From: a virus
Taxonomy: Duplodnaviria; Caudoviricetes
Strand: one strand, 5' to 3'
IMG/VR virus record: IMGVR_UViG_3300029288_000075
Span: 123,858 to 187,857 of that record
DNA length: 64,000 nt
Shown: piece by piece, positions 32,075-42,915 of the stretch
Position numbering within the stretch: position 1 is the stretch's first letter
Layout: every line of letters begins with the position of its first letter
The notes under the pieces: generated by a model
The model's input: only the letters and a program-made list of their open reading frames with translations
What the model was told of the DNA's origin: nothing
Database searches by the model: none
Made by a program: the position numbers and the translations under genes

Positions 32075-33254
32075 ATGAATGGTGAAAACAACGTGCATAC
32101 CCGGCCAGCTGTCGATCAGGGCGTTTTGGCCGGTGCTGGAGTAGGCGCTGCCGTGGGCAGGTACCTGCAGCAGAGTGGTCCGTTCAAACGCCCACGTGCC
32201 CCCTTTGGGGCCTGGTTGGAGCCCTGGCAGATGTGGTGTATCATTGCTGCCTTTGCCGGGACTGGTCTGGGCGTCGCCTGGGCTGGCTCCAACATGAAGA
32301 CGGCGCAGACGGAGGCCTACATTCGGGCTGAAGAGGCTGCGAAGCGCGCAGAGGGCCGTCACATGGACGTGGAGTTCACGCTGCGCCGGGAGCAAGAGCG
32401 CAAAGAGGCGGACTTGCTTATGCGTAACCAGCAGGCTGTGCAGGAATGTGCCAAAGATGGGAACGTACCCGTCATTGGGCATGACTTCACGGTGGTCTGT
32501 CTTTCCCGCATCAACGTGCAGTGGGAATACAACATGAAGGACCCACTGCCGTGGCTGTGAAACCTATTCGTCTTGAGTTGGTGGTGGCAGGCTGTGCTGT
32601 GACGGTGCTGTTGATGTGCGTGGTTGCCGCGGTGGCTGCAGCACGGTATGACCGGGTGCAGGCGTTCATTGGTGTCAAGGGCGCCTCTGATGCAGCTATT
32701 GATGCCGCCACGTCCCACGAGACGGACGAAGAGAGGGGGTGTCATTGTGCCAAGTAAGTGGTTTCAACAGCCGGCTGGCATGCTTGGACTGCTTGCGCTG
32801 CTTGGTGTAGTTGCTTGGAGCCATGGCCTGTGGATGTCTGAGAAGAAGGATTACTACAGACATGCTGAGCTCATTAGTGCCATCAAGGCCAATACCGCGG
32901 CTATCAAAGAGATGGGGTGTCATTGTGCGGATAAGTGATCGAAAGGTTTGGCTGTTGCAACAGCTTGCCTGGTCGCTGCTTTTGGCTGCAGCGGTTATGT
33001 TGGGTGTTTACGTGGGTCGTAGTAAGAATCGCGTGCAACACCCGGAACCTTCTAGCACGCAATCGGCTGCTTCAAACCCTCCTCCACGGAGGGATACCGA
33101 CGAGGAGATGGAGCAGCGTCTCAAGTGGCATTGGGCAGCCATCAACAAGTGCAAAGCGAAGGGCTTGCACGCTGTCATGGGCTTCAACGACGAGGTCATC
33201 TGCCTGGACCCTGGTGCTTGGGCGTGGGTGTACGACGGGAAAGGACCACCTTGA
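32075..33254 (+). other. Cassette of four single-TM proteins (32075-32560, 32557-32757, 32747-32938, 32925-33254)
   Basis: Each has one hydrophobic helix; pairwise paralogy of C-termini. Confidence 0.65.
32729..32928 (+). repeat. 22-bp direct repeat AAGAGA(G/T)GGGGTGTCATTGTGC at 32729-32750 and 32907-32928
   Basis: 21/22 identical; encodes GCHCA and contains the GTG start of the next gene. Confidence 0.8.
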
Positions 33255-33468
33255 GCACAGTTTTCATTCGGATGACTAGAGAGGAAGCACTCGAGCAGGG
33301 GCTTTTGGTTTGCACCTGCGGCCATCCACCAAACAACCACTTCTCAACCGGCGCTTGCGCGCGTTGTGAGTGCACCAAGTACGCAGAGGTAGCCAAGGTG
33401 GGCAAGCTGTTGAAGGGTAAACAACAGACAGGCGACTCGGCATGCAGTAGAAAGTAGGCACAGCACGT

Positions 33469-33828
33469 ATGAGTTACCGAATTCTGGTCAATGTAGACAC
33501 TTATGCTGCCGTAGAATGTGACACGGTGGACGAGCTGCTTTCACTTTTGGATGTGGTCGACCACCTGCCGGTAGTCAAGGACAGTCCGAAGCAAGAGGAA
33601 CTCTCGTACTATTCGAACTCGCTGTACTACTGGATTATGGCCACGGACAAGCAGCACGGCGGGGACTCAGTGACTGCCCAGACCATACGGGAGCTTTGGG
33701 ACAACGAGTCCTGGGACAGCATCATGGACAAGCTTCGTACTGAAGGAAGTACCTGGATAGTTTGGTGGATGGACGGAGTCAGGAAGTATGCCGAGCATGA
33801 CCAAAAACAGAGAGACAGCGCGGTATAA
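33469..33828 (+). CDS. Hypothetical protein
   Basis: 119 aa ORF. Confidence 0.6.
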   Translation: MSYRILVNVDTYAAVECDTVDELLSLLDVVDHLPVVKDSPKQEELSYYSNSLYYWIMATDKQHGGDSVTAQTIRELWDNESWDSIMDKLRTEGSTWIVWWMDGVRKYAEHDQKQRDSAV

Positions 33829-33829
33829 G
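33804..33829 (+). promoter_or_regulatory. Possible internal phage promoter AAA-N15-GGTATAAG
   Basis: Full consensus match but lies in coding sequence, upstream of the ligase cluster. Confidence 0.4.
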
Positions 33830-34324
33830 GTAAGTGACGGAGCACGGTATTCCTTCAATGCCGTGCTCATCAACCAGATGACTTGGCAGCCTACGCTCAG
33901 CAGCTACGAGCGGTTTGTCCTCAACGAAATGAAGGAGTGGAATGCAAGATACCTCGAGCAACGACCCACTTCTTGCGTACATCAACAGGTGCCAGCGAGA
34001 TAGAGCCTTGCTGGCGCGTGTTGACCGCATGACCGCGCGTGACATTGCTGCTGTGTTTCGCACAGGCAACGTAGCGGACAACCCCTTTCTCCATGGCGAG
34101 GTGGGGGTTGCTCTCAGTCACAGGCTACGAAAGGTCTTGGATGAAGAACAAGCACAGCGCGTGGTGGCTCGAACCAGCCGACCACGTAGACTTAGACCAA
34201 CTGCGCCATGATTCTCACGTCAGGATGGTGTGGACCATCGCAGTTGTATTTGCCTTTTCCTTGCTCTTGCTTTGGCTGACGCTAAAGCTACCAGCTGGTG
34301 AAGCACCAACAGAGGAGACACCAA

Positions 34325-35449
34325 GTGAGCTACAACCCGGATAACTGGAATGGTAAGGGCCCATTGCCCATGCTGTACTCCCGCACGGCCACAGGAGCAG
34401 TCAATACATGGGCCTGTTGGGTGCGTGGAGAATCAGTGATAGTTGAATGGGGTCAGCAGGATGGCACCCTGCAATTGGCCGAGTTTGTCTGTAAGCCGAA
34501 AAACGAGGGCAGGTCCAATGCCACTACTGCCAAGGAACAGGCCAGGCTCGAGGCTATCGCGAAGTGGCGAAAGCAGATCAAGAAGAAGTACTACGAGAAG
34601 TTGGAGGAGGCCGAGAACGGCCCCAAGCTCCGACCCATGCTGGCCAAGGACTTCAAGAAGCAGAAGAAGGTCCAGTACCCCGTCGATGTGCAGCGCAAGT
34701 TTGATGGTGTGCGTTGCCTGGCCTATTGGGATGGGGATCGGGTAGAACTGCACAGCCGTGGCGGGGATCTCTACGATGTAGAGCACATACGGGCTGAGAT
34801 CCAGCGCTTTCTACGCCCTGGGTGCATGCTGGATGGTGAACTCTACGTACACGGCTTGAGTCGTCAGCAGATCACGTCGCTGGTGAAGCGTCCACAGGAC
34901 TACAGCAGAAGTATCACGTACAACGTCTATGACTTCGTGAACCTGCAAGACAACGACCGCTGGGTCATGCGGAAGCACCTTCTGCAAGAGTGGTTCGAGC
35001 AGGCGCAGGAAGTCAATCTGCAGGACTTCATCGTTGAGACTCAGACCTTCGAGGCTCTAGATGAAGCCGACATCAAGGCGCTGCACGACGAGTTTGTGGC
35101 GGAGGGCTACGAAGGTGCCATCGTTCGCCTAAGAAACGGCGAATACCGAATTGGCTATCGTTCCCCTGACCTGCTGAAGTACAAGATGTTCGATGACGGC
35201 GAGTTCAAGCTCACTGGGTACAAGACAGGTAAGGGCAAGTTCAAGGAGGTACCCATCTTTGAATGCACCATGAAGAACGGCAAGACCTTCGATGTCGCGC
35301 CGCGCGGTACTACAGCCGTGCGCAAAGAACTGCTACGTACGGCCAAGAGTCTCATGGGCAAGATGTACACCGTGCGCTACTTTGGCTTCACCGACGAGGG
35401 CTTGCCCTGCTTTCCAGTCGGTATTGGCGTACGTGAGAAGGGTACGTGA
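34325..35449 (+). CDS. lig: ATP-dependent DNA ligase
   Basis: RPMLAK, motif I QRKFDGVR, LDGELY, YNVYD, GYEGAIVR, RSPDLLKYK, OB domain; AGGAG SD before GTG 34325. Confidence 0.93.
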   Translation: MSYNPDNWNGKGPLPMLYSRTATGAVNTWACWVRGESVIVEWGQQDGTLQLAEFVCKPKNEGRSNATTAKEQARLEAIAKWRKQIKKKYYEKLEEAENGPKLRPMLAKDFKKQKKVQYPVDVQRKFDGVRCLAYWDGDRVELHSRGGDLYDVEHIRAEIQRFLRPGCMLDGELYVHGLSRQQITSLVKRPQDYSRSITYNVYDFVNLQDNDRWVMRKHLLQEWFEQAQEVNLQDFIVETQTFEALDEADIKALHDEFVAEGYEGAIVRLRNGEYRIGYRSPDLLKYKMFDDGEFKLTGYKTGKGKFKEVPIFECTMKNGKTFDVAPRGTTAVRKELLRTAKSLMGKMYTVRYFGFTDEGLPCFPVGIGVREKGT

Positions 35450-37382
35450 CAGCACGGGAAACCCCGGCGGTGCTGCATTTCGTACAAGAGGTGCAGCGCC
35501 GCGTAGCTTCTGGGGTCATATTGGCGGAGGCAGTTCGCACGACTGTTTCCGCCAGCCCGTCGCGAGCGAATGCAGTCATGGACATCATCGGCTCGTGGCC
35601 ATCTTCTGAGATGGAGCTACGGGAGCTTCAGAGACAACCTATCCCAACGAGGTAGCAAGCATGTTGAGACGTGTAGGAAAACCGACCGCAATTTCGACGT
35701 CCGTCACGGGTGAACCCGAGTTGACGCTGCAGCCGGTGCAGACAGGTAAGGACGAATACCAAGTTGAGTGGACTACCACGTGCACTTGGAGCTCGGTACT
35801 CCGCCGCTGGCGCAGCTTCAGAAAGAAGACACCTGGCATGTACGGGTCTGCTCGAGAGGCACGTGAGGCCATCAAGGGATTCCTGGCTAAAGAACAGCGG
35901 CTGGGTGAAAAGCGTGCCTGGGGTTTGAAAGGAGCTTGAGATGAGAAAGTCAGCAGAGCTACGTGAGCTAGAGCGGCATCGCGACATTGCTCAGCGTGCG
36001 GTTTCGGTCACAAGCTTTCTGGGGATCCATGGGTTTCTGCCAGATGTACAGTGCAGGCTGATGGCCGCCCGCGTGAGCAAGTACATACGCAAGTACAATC
36101 TGGGTCTAGTAGACAAAGGGTTCAAGGACTACGCAGTTCTGCTGCCTGGTGCGCGACTTGGAAAGAAGTGGACTGTAATCCTGCTACCGGGGAAACGTGA
36201 ACGACATGGTGCGTCTATCAAACGACCTAAATGAAGCCAGGAAGCAGCTTCGACACAAGGAGCTACTGCAGCGTCCTACGCTATCCGCACGAAGTCCCAC
36301 CGGGGTGTATGAGATGGACGACTTCCTTCTCATCACCCCTGACGTGGCAGACGCGTGGAAGTTTTCGTGGGCGGATGACGCAGACGTACTTCGCGCGTTG
36401 GACATCTGCGGGATGCGAGTGGACGCCATCTTTGCTGAGTTCGATCGCAGAAGAGGGGTTAGGCCTCTCTCGGACAAAGAAGGCGCCCAGCTCATCGTCA
36501 GCATCCTGCGAACCAAGTTCCGTCAGTGCCTACTAACCGTGGCCCCTCACAAGCTGACGCCGGAGGAGTATGAGCTGTAGAGATCGCGCAATCCTCGCCG
36601 TTGAGAAGGCAGCGCGCTCCATAGAACGTGAGGCTCGTCGTATTGGCATCCTGCGCAGCGTGGAGGCCACTGAGGCCTCCACGTGGTTGGACCATGTAGC
36701 AACTCAACTGCGAAACGCATGCGAGCAGGATCCCCCGCCAGCAGAGGAAAAGGCACATGGAAGACGGTTGTGACATTTGCCTGCGTGGTGAAGAAGATGG
36801 TCTCGAGATTCACCACACATGTAACGAATGCCTGGATGACTCTGAGGAAACTCAGCGGGAATTCCAAGTAGAGCTACTGAAGGAGATACTGCGCAGATTG
36901 CCCAAGACAGAGCCTGCTTGCGCACGTGCCAGAAAGCATGTCCTGAAGTTGCTCAAAGGCCTAGGAGAACCATGCGAAACTACTCCGAGTACGAAATCTT
37001 CCACAGCAAAGAGCTCGAGCACCTCAAGAAAGCGCAAGAGCTGATTCAGCTAATCCCCGACGAGTTCATGGCGTCCGATTGGAAGCTGAGATGTCATGAG
37101 GTGGTAAGGGCCGTTGGTGTGCAGCTAGGTCTACAGGTAGTGGACGGGCTGTATGGATGTGTCGACCACTCTTGGCTCCTCACTGGGTTTAGAGGACCGC
37201 GAAGCAACATCTTGGACGTCTACGCCGTTGGTAGGTTGCCGCAGGTTCAGCTTATCGACATGTGGTACGTCGGTCCACGGCATGACTCGCTGTACAAGCC
37301 GAAGGATGATAGAACCGACATCGATTGTGCAGTCGTGGAGCAGCTTCTGCAATTCTTCGGTACCAAGCACTTTGGGATCTAG
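35446..37382 (+). other. Array of small hypothetical CDSs (35446-35655, 35661-35939, 35941-36234, 36197-36580, 36570-36773, 36757-37044, about 36972-37382)
   Basis: Tiled, overlapping ORFs. Confidence 0.55.
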
Positions 37383-37416
37383 GGGCTAAAGGAAAAACGG
37401 GCGCCTCCCGTCTTCC
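37382..37416 (-). terminator. Terminator hairpin with TTTAGCCCC tail
   Basis: GGAAGACGGG-aggcg-CCCGTTTTTCC-TTTAGCCCC at a convergent junction. Confidence 0.65.
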
Positions 37417-37424
37417 CCACCCAA

Positions 37425-37616
37425 TCACTTTTCAGTGCTCTCTGGTACCAGGCTGATGGGCAAGCGTACTGCTGGTAGGTTGGTCTGACTGACCTTCAAC
37501 CGCAATACGCTTGCCCGAAGCAGTGCTGACTCGCTCAACCTTTCCTTAGCCCTCTCGGCTGCTGCATCCGCGTTATCGAGGTGATGTCGGGTACTGTCTG
37601 GGCTTTGCTCAACCAT
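37425..37616 (-). CDS. Small hypothetical protein (stand-alone unit)
   Basis: Own promoter, SD and terminator. Confidence 0.55.
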   Translation of the reverse strand: MVEQSPDSTRHHLDNADAAAERAKERLSESALLRASVLRLKVSQTNLPAVRLPISLVPESTEK

Positions 37617-37637
37617 TGTAGTTCCCCTTCCATCTCT

Positions 37638-37663
37638 CTTATACCTGAGTTGCTGCAGCATTT
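37638..37663 (-). promoter_or_regulatory. Phage promoter AAA-N15-GGTATAAG
   Basis: 21 nt upstream of ATG 37616. Confidence 0.7.
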
Positions 37664-37728
37664 CCCAATGCTGCCCCATCTTCTGCCTAGTCTGCGGATC
37701 GTGCTACTATCGTTACAGGAGACAGCGT

Positions 37729-38718
37729 ATGCCACTTTTTCGTAGCCCCGTAGATGTTCGCGCAGAGCTTTCGGCACATGGGTTGGTCGTGGAGCAAGCT
37801 CTAGGTCTGCTGGCATTCCAGAATGCGGTTACGCAGGTTCATGCGGCTAACGCTGTGGAGCGGGTTGGTTCATCTGCTTTTGGCAATCGTGCCTTCTTCT
37901 TCGATATATCGGGGCCATCGAACTGCTACTACTCGGAGAAAAGGTCTGACTGGGGCACTGCAGGTGACATCGACTTGTCCGACAACTTCAACATCAGTTG
38001 CGTGCTTGCGAATGACCACATGACCTTGGTTGGTGGGCATGGTCTTTCCGGTACGAACCCTCTGCGGTACAGCGTGGACGAAGGAGACAACTGGACAGCC
38101 GTAGCATTGGCCGGCGGGGACCACACCATCGACGCGTTTGCGTATTCTCCCGCGCACACTCTGTGGATGATGGCTACCTCCATCTCGTGCTTTACCGCCG
38201 TAGGCACTGGTCCTACCCTTACCTGGGAGGCTCGAGCTACTGGCCCAAATAACTGCCGGCAGATCATCATTCGCGATAGGCCGTTTCGTGCCATCGCGTT
38301 GGCTTGGTCAGGGATGCCAGGCTCAGGTACCAGCTACAAGGTAAGTGACGACCTTGGGGTTTCGTGGACGGACCATACCGCACCATTCGATACGTTCACT
38401 GTTGTCAACGGCTTTTACAGCGATTTCCATGGAGCTTGGTTCGTGAACACGGCCACTGGACTCTGGCGTTCGTATAACGGCGTAGACTGGACTCAAGTGG
38501 ACAGCAATTCCACTACCACTCTCATAGGAGTTGTTGGCGGCACGATTGTACGAGGAGATGGGTACGCAAGTCCTGACGGGAGATACTTCACGCCTGTTCT
38601 GGCACTTCCAAGCACAATGAACCAGATGTGCGTCAATCTGTATGGATCCGTGATCATGTCGAACAGCACCACGGGAGACAGCGCAATCACTCCGCGGTTG
38701 GCGACGATCGTCTGGTAG
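37729..38718 (+). CDS. Asp-box (BNR) beta-propeller protein, probably virion-associated
   Basis: YSVDEGDNW, VSDDLGVSW, RSYNGVDW, ASPDGRYF repeats; TGCTACTAT extended -10 at 37702-37710. Confidence 0.7.
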   Translation: MPLFRSPVDVRAELSAHGLVVEQALGLLAFQNAVTQVHAANAVERVGSSAFGNRAFFFDISGPSNCYYSEKRSDWGTAGDIDLSDNFNISCVLANDHMTLVGGHGLSGTNPLRYSVDEGDNWTAVALAGGDHTIDAFAYSPAHTLWMMATSISCFTAVGTGPTLTWEARATGPNNCRQIIIRDRPFRAIALAWSGMPGSGTSYKVSDDLGVSWTDHTAPFDTFTVVNGFYSDFHGAWFVNTATGLWRSYNGVDWTQVDSNSTTTLIGVVGGTIVRGDGYASPDGRYFTPVLALPSTMNQMCVNLYGSVIMSNSTTGDSAITPRLATIVW

Positions 38719-38743
38719 CTAAGAAAGAGCGAGGGCCTCTTTC
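38718..38743 (-). terminator. Terminator hairpin with TTAGC tail
   Basis: GAAAGAG-gccctcg-CTCTTTC-TTAGC. Confidence 0.6.
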
Positions 38744-38750
38744 CTGCCAG

Positions 38751-39394
38751 TCACTTCTTGGGGATGCGGTACTTCAGCATCCCTTCGAACTGCGTTGGAC
38801 GTCTGTCGGGTCGTGTCTTGGCTTCCTCTGCACCGAACCACTCTAGTTTGCCGGCCTTCACCAGCAAGAACAGCAGGTCCTCCACGTTGCTGTAGTTGAA
38901 GTCTTCCAGCTTGGTGAGTGCAGCGCGAATGATGATGGCCTCCCATCGCCAAGACTTCTTTGCTACGAAGGCCAATACAATGCGCTCTGCCATCTTGCGA
39001 CATTTCGGGCAGGCACGCAGCAGTTGGCTACTGGGGATCTTCAACTCTGTTTCGCAGCGAAGACAGTTCGTCTCTACCAGCATAGGATCCCCAGCAAGAT
39101 GAGGATGCTCAGTGCGAGTACCAGCGTTATCACACGCCAAGCTAGATCAGGGTCTAGCGGTCGTCGTAGTGCACGCTCAAGGGACTCTCTGCGGTTGCTT
39201 GACTGTGCGACACGCCAGTGGCTCAAGCATTCATAGCCGTCGTCGATACTCCCAGTTCCGCAACGGCAAGACGGGCAAACCCGCTCTCCGCAGGTTGTAC
39301 AGACGGACAGGTTGTCGTGGCTTCCACAATCATGGCATCGGAATATCGGTATCTTGGGTTGCAGCCGGTACGCCGGCGTAATCCAGAGCAGCAT
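38751..39394 (-). other. Two Zn-finger hypothetical CDSs (38751-39083; 39074-39394 with C-terminal TM helix)
   Basis: CxxC pairs; GAGGAGG SD. Confidence 0.6.
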
Positions 39395-39442
39395 GTAACC
39401 TCCTCTTGGCCTTCAACAGGCCGTGGTGTATCGTTTTGGGGT

Positions 39443-39730
39443 ATGGACCCAGCTCTCAACTCTGTCAGAATGTCCGCCTTCACTGACCAGCTTTGTAAGA
39501 ACGCGGCGGCAGGCAATGCCCTCAGCGAATTCTGGCATGGGGCCAAGCACGAAATTGGTCCTGCCATTGGAGCCGTCACCGGCGCCGGCATAGCCAAGGC
39601 CACAGGGATTGACCCCCTCGCCGGCGCAGCTGCAGGCTACGGTCTCGGGGCAGGACCAGATATCGTGCGTGCCATCAGAGAGAAGCGTCTGGCATCTCGG
39701 TTGGCCAAGGTGCCCACCCCCGCAGCCTAG
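39443..39730 (+). CDS. Gly/Ala-rich small protein with AFTDQLCKNAA motif (possible internal head/ejection protein)
   Basis: Glycine-zipper-like helices; TTGGCC-N17-TATCGT promoter ends 8 nt before ATG. Confidence 0.55.
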   Translation: MDPALNSVRMSAFTDQLCKNAAAGNALSEFWHGAKHEIGPAIGAVTGAGIAKATGIDPLAGAAAGYGLGAGPDIVRAIREKRLASRLAKVPTPAA

Positions 39731-40563
39731 TGGTTTTGTGCTGGGGGTCCTTTGGCCCATCTGGCTGCCTGCACATCGCAGCAGGACTTGCACATCGGCA
39801 GGTTGTTGGGGTTCACCTGCTCCACGATGCGTAGATCTCCAGCGCATTGCGTGTCCACTACGCGGGCTTTGTAGATGGCAGAAACCAGATGCCACGTGTT
39901 GTCGTCGCAAAGTAGCCAGCGCCATCCCCTCCATCCGGCGACAAACTCAGTGTATGTCAACGGCAGTTGCCGAGGGTCGACTTTGCCCTTGGTCTTGGGT
40001 TTTCTCAGGGTGACGTCCAAAGTGCACCTCCTTCCCTGCGGCAGATGAGTTCTTCCCCGCGGCATTCCGTGTTGCATTGCAGGTGCTCCATGGAACCAAC
40101 CTTGTTGCTACGTGCGCACTTTGACTCGCACCTTTGCGCGCGAGCTCGACAGCGGTCGTTCGTATTCTCCACCAGTGTCACCTGGCTCCGCAGTAGCAAG
40201 ACCAGAAACAGCAATTTCGTTATGTATCTCATAGGCCCTCTCTATTAGGTGTTTCGGTATTTCCAACTTCCACGCGATGGCGATGTAGAGTAGCTCATCT
40301 AGCTCTACGTGGGCGCCGGGACCAAGCTTCTTCCTGACTATGTCCAGTGCGCGGTACTTGAACTCCTCCGATGCATACTCTTCTGGCGTAAGGAGGTAGC
40401 TGTGCGCTGCTCCATTGCCTTTGCTGCGCGGTGGTGTCGCTGTGGTATCGAACACCATGCCGGTGCTGGTAGTGACCAGAGTTCTACCGACCTTGGCGAT
40501 TGTGACACCGCGCACCCTGTCTGCCCGCGTGTTGACGTAAGGGTCGTGTACTACGACAGCCAT
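39727..40563 (-). other. Three hypothetical CDSs (about 39727-40077; 40005-40232 secreted Cys-rich; 40108-40563)
   Basis: Tiled minus strand ORFs. Confidence 0.5.
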
Positions 40564-40565
40564 TC

Positions 40566-41135
40566 CTACGTGCCACTTTGCTTTTGTGTTAGCTGCCGCA
40601 CCAGCTCTTCCATTTCCTCGTACATTGCGGGGTTGAAGTCCCATGCGTCTACTCCTGCGCTGATTGAATTAGGTCCAGTGATCTTGACTGTGCTGTGGCT
40701 GTGCCCGTGTATGAGAACCTCCCCTGGATTCCTCTGCGGACGCTTGTTGGCAAAAGGATCGGGCTTTCCGTAGTGCTGGTGGCCACTGTAGGGGAAGTGG
40801 TTGAGCCGACACTTGACACCTGCGATGTACATGACTGCTTCCCGAAGAACCAGCTCAAACCCCAGGGCAGCCATGGCTGTGTCACCCTGGTCGTGGTTGC
40901 CCAGTAGCAGGATCTTGTGTCCATGCATACTCGACAGCATGCCTCGATAGCGGTCTCGGCTGTCTTTGAAGAAGGCATCTCCTAGCCACAGCACAGTATC
41001 GTCTCTCCCGATGACTCTGTTGTAGTTGTCCACCAGCGTGTGGTTCATCTCTTCGACATCTTCGAAGGGTCTACCGCAGTGTCTGATGATGTTTGCGTGC
41101 CCGATGTGTGGATCTGCGTAGAACGCTCTAAGCAT
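40566..41135 (-). CDS. Calcineurin-like metallophosphoesterase
   Basis: ADPHIGH, LGD, LGNHD, NHFP, IHGHSH motifs. Confidence 0.9.
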   Translation of the reverse strand: MLRAFYADPHIGHANIIRHCGRPFEDVEEMNHTLVDNYNRVIGRDDTVLWLGDAFFKDSRDRYRGMLSSMHGHKILLLGNHDQGDTAMAALGFELVLREAVMYIAGVKCRLNHFPYSGHQHYGKPDPFANKRPQRNPGEVLIHGHSHSTVKITGPNSISAGVDAWDFNPAMYEEMEELVRQLTQKQSGT

Positions 41136-42100
41136 TCGGCTGCCCTTTGTGGTGATACTCCGTGGACACGCATGAACAGTAGGCCTTTCACGACGTTACG
41201 TGCAACCTGAATGCCCGCGTCTCCTTGGCGTAGACGGCGTTGTATTTCCTCTGCAGGAAGGTCGATGGCGTCGGCCACTACTGTGCAGTAGTAGTCAATT
41301 CCTTCCGTAGGTTTTAGTGGTGGCTCGCCCAGCGCTTTCCAAACGGCATCTGCGAGCTTTTGCCTGTCAACAGTAGTTCCTGTCATTCCGGGCATGCCTT
41401 ACTCTTCTATTGCTTTGGCGGACTCACCAGGCCATCTACGGAAGTACACTTGCGCCGCGGCGTACTCGAAGTCACAGGCATTGACACGCAGGTGCTTTGT
41501 GACCACTCTGGCGAAAAAGGCAACATGCGCATCTACGCTATCATTTGCGTTGTCCGCTGGTTCTTCGTCTTTTTTCTCGTCATCGTCGTCCTCCTGCGTT
41601 ATGCCATCTTCTCGTGTGGCTACGTTGCTAAGCCATTCGCACATATCTCTGTACATCTTAGTCAGCGGGTGCCTACGAGACACCGCATGGGAATTGGTTG
41701 CCTCAACCCATTCGGAGACTATGATAGGTATTCTGGCAAGTAGAGCGTTCCCGAAGTCGTAGTCATGCCCGCCATGGTTAGGAATCTCTGCTGCTGTAAG
41801 TACTCCTTGCGCTGCGGCCATTGCAAACAGGGCGCGGAGATGCGGCTGTTGCAAACTTACCATCCCTAGGTCTGCGTACAGCTGCAGCGCGTCGTCTTTG
41901 CTCATGGCGTCTTCGTGGTAATCGACATCGTCCACCTGTATTGACGGTGCTGCGGCTTCTCCTCTACCTAGTACGGATTGACCGGATCTTCGCAATAGAC
42001 TGGTCGCGGCCTCCAGAAGCTCTGTTATGGCGTCAGTAGTGGATGGTAGACACGCGCAAACACCGGAGATGACTTCTGGTTCTTTGTTGGGGTCAAACAT
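41045..42100 (-). other. Two hypothetical CDSs (41045-41395, 41399-42100)
   Basis: GGAGG SD at the operon start. Confidence 0.6.
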
Positions 42101-42117
42101 GTAGTTCCTCCAACTAT

Positions 42118-42143
42118 CTTATCCCCGAGAACGGGACGAACTT
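42118..42143 (-). promoter_or_regulatory. Phage promoter AAG-N15-GGGATAAG
   Basis: 17 nt upstream of ATG 42100. Confidence 0.75.
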
Positions 42144-42177
42144 GTACTCATGTAGGACAGCGTGCTACCTTTGAGGA

Positions 42178-42438
42178 ATGGCTGGCAACCTCATTGAACT
42201 TCCTCGTAAGCTCGAGTGGAAACCGGTGGACACGTGGATTGGTAAGGTGCGTGGCACCCTGCTGTGGACCAAGGCCGAGGAGAAGGAAGGTGGCGGCTAC
42301 TACTGGTCCGCCTGGAACGGCCCAATCCTGGTGAACAGCGGAGAAGCTCCTGATATGGCGCAGGCGCGCAAGCGTGCCGAGGAAGCTTTGGAGACCGGGG
42401 TTCTGGTGGTGCGGCCACTTCCTCAGCAAGGTACTTGA
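42178..42438 (+). CDS. Hypothetical protein, probably leaderless
   Basis: TTGTAC-N18-TACCTT with extended TG; ends 6 nt before ATG. Confidence 0.65.
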   Translation: MAGNLIELPRKLEWKPVDTWIGKVRGTLLWTKAEEKEGGGYYWSAWNGPILVNSGEAPDMAQARKRAEEALETGVLVVRPLPQQGT

Positions 42439-42464
42439 CGACCTGCGCTAGATGCGTATCCTAT

Positions 42465-42915
42465 TTGGATGCTGAGCAGGCTTTGACAGTCAGCCCTCTA
42501 CGGGCGCTTCCATGCTTCTGGCGTTGCTCGTTGTGCTTGGTGATAGCTGCAACGGGGATATAGCTCAATGGTGGAGCAGTCGGCGTAAAGAACCGAAAGG
42601 CTGCGAGTTCGACCCTCGCTTTCCTCGCCGGCGGATGGAGATGCCGCAACACCGTGGCACTCCATCTGTCGCTATTTCGGGGCTACGAGAAAACGGGTTG
42701 CCCCGTTGTTCTCGTTGGTCCTCACCCTACTCGTCGGACCATTTGCACGCACCTACCAGTGTGGTTGGTGCATACAGCTACAAGTTCGCTCCAGCTCCGT
42801 GCTGCCTCGCAGCGTACCGCGGAGAGTATGTGCTGCTTTGCACAGTCCGCTGAGAGGTCGCAGCGAGGCGTCCCATCTGCGGGGTCGCCCATGCATTCTG
42901 GTGCCCCGCAGAAGA
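42465..42915 (+). ncRNA. Candidate large structured ncRNA surrounding the tRNA-like element
   Basis: Six hairpins in a 500-bp gap lacking a credible CDS; TTGACG-N16-TATCCT at 42435-42462. Confidence 0.5.
42554..42630 (+). tRNA. tRNA-like element with non-canonical anticodon arm (identity undetermined)
   Basis: Acceptor GGGGATA/TTTCCTC; D-arm GCTC-AATGGTG-GAGC; T-arm GCGAG-TTCGACC-CTCGC; anticodon stem TCGG/CCGA with 9-nt loop CGTAAAGAA; ends GCCG. Confidence 0.75.
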
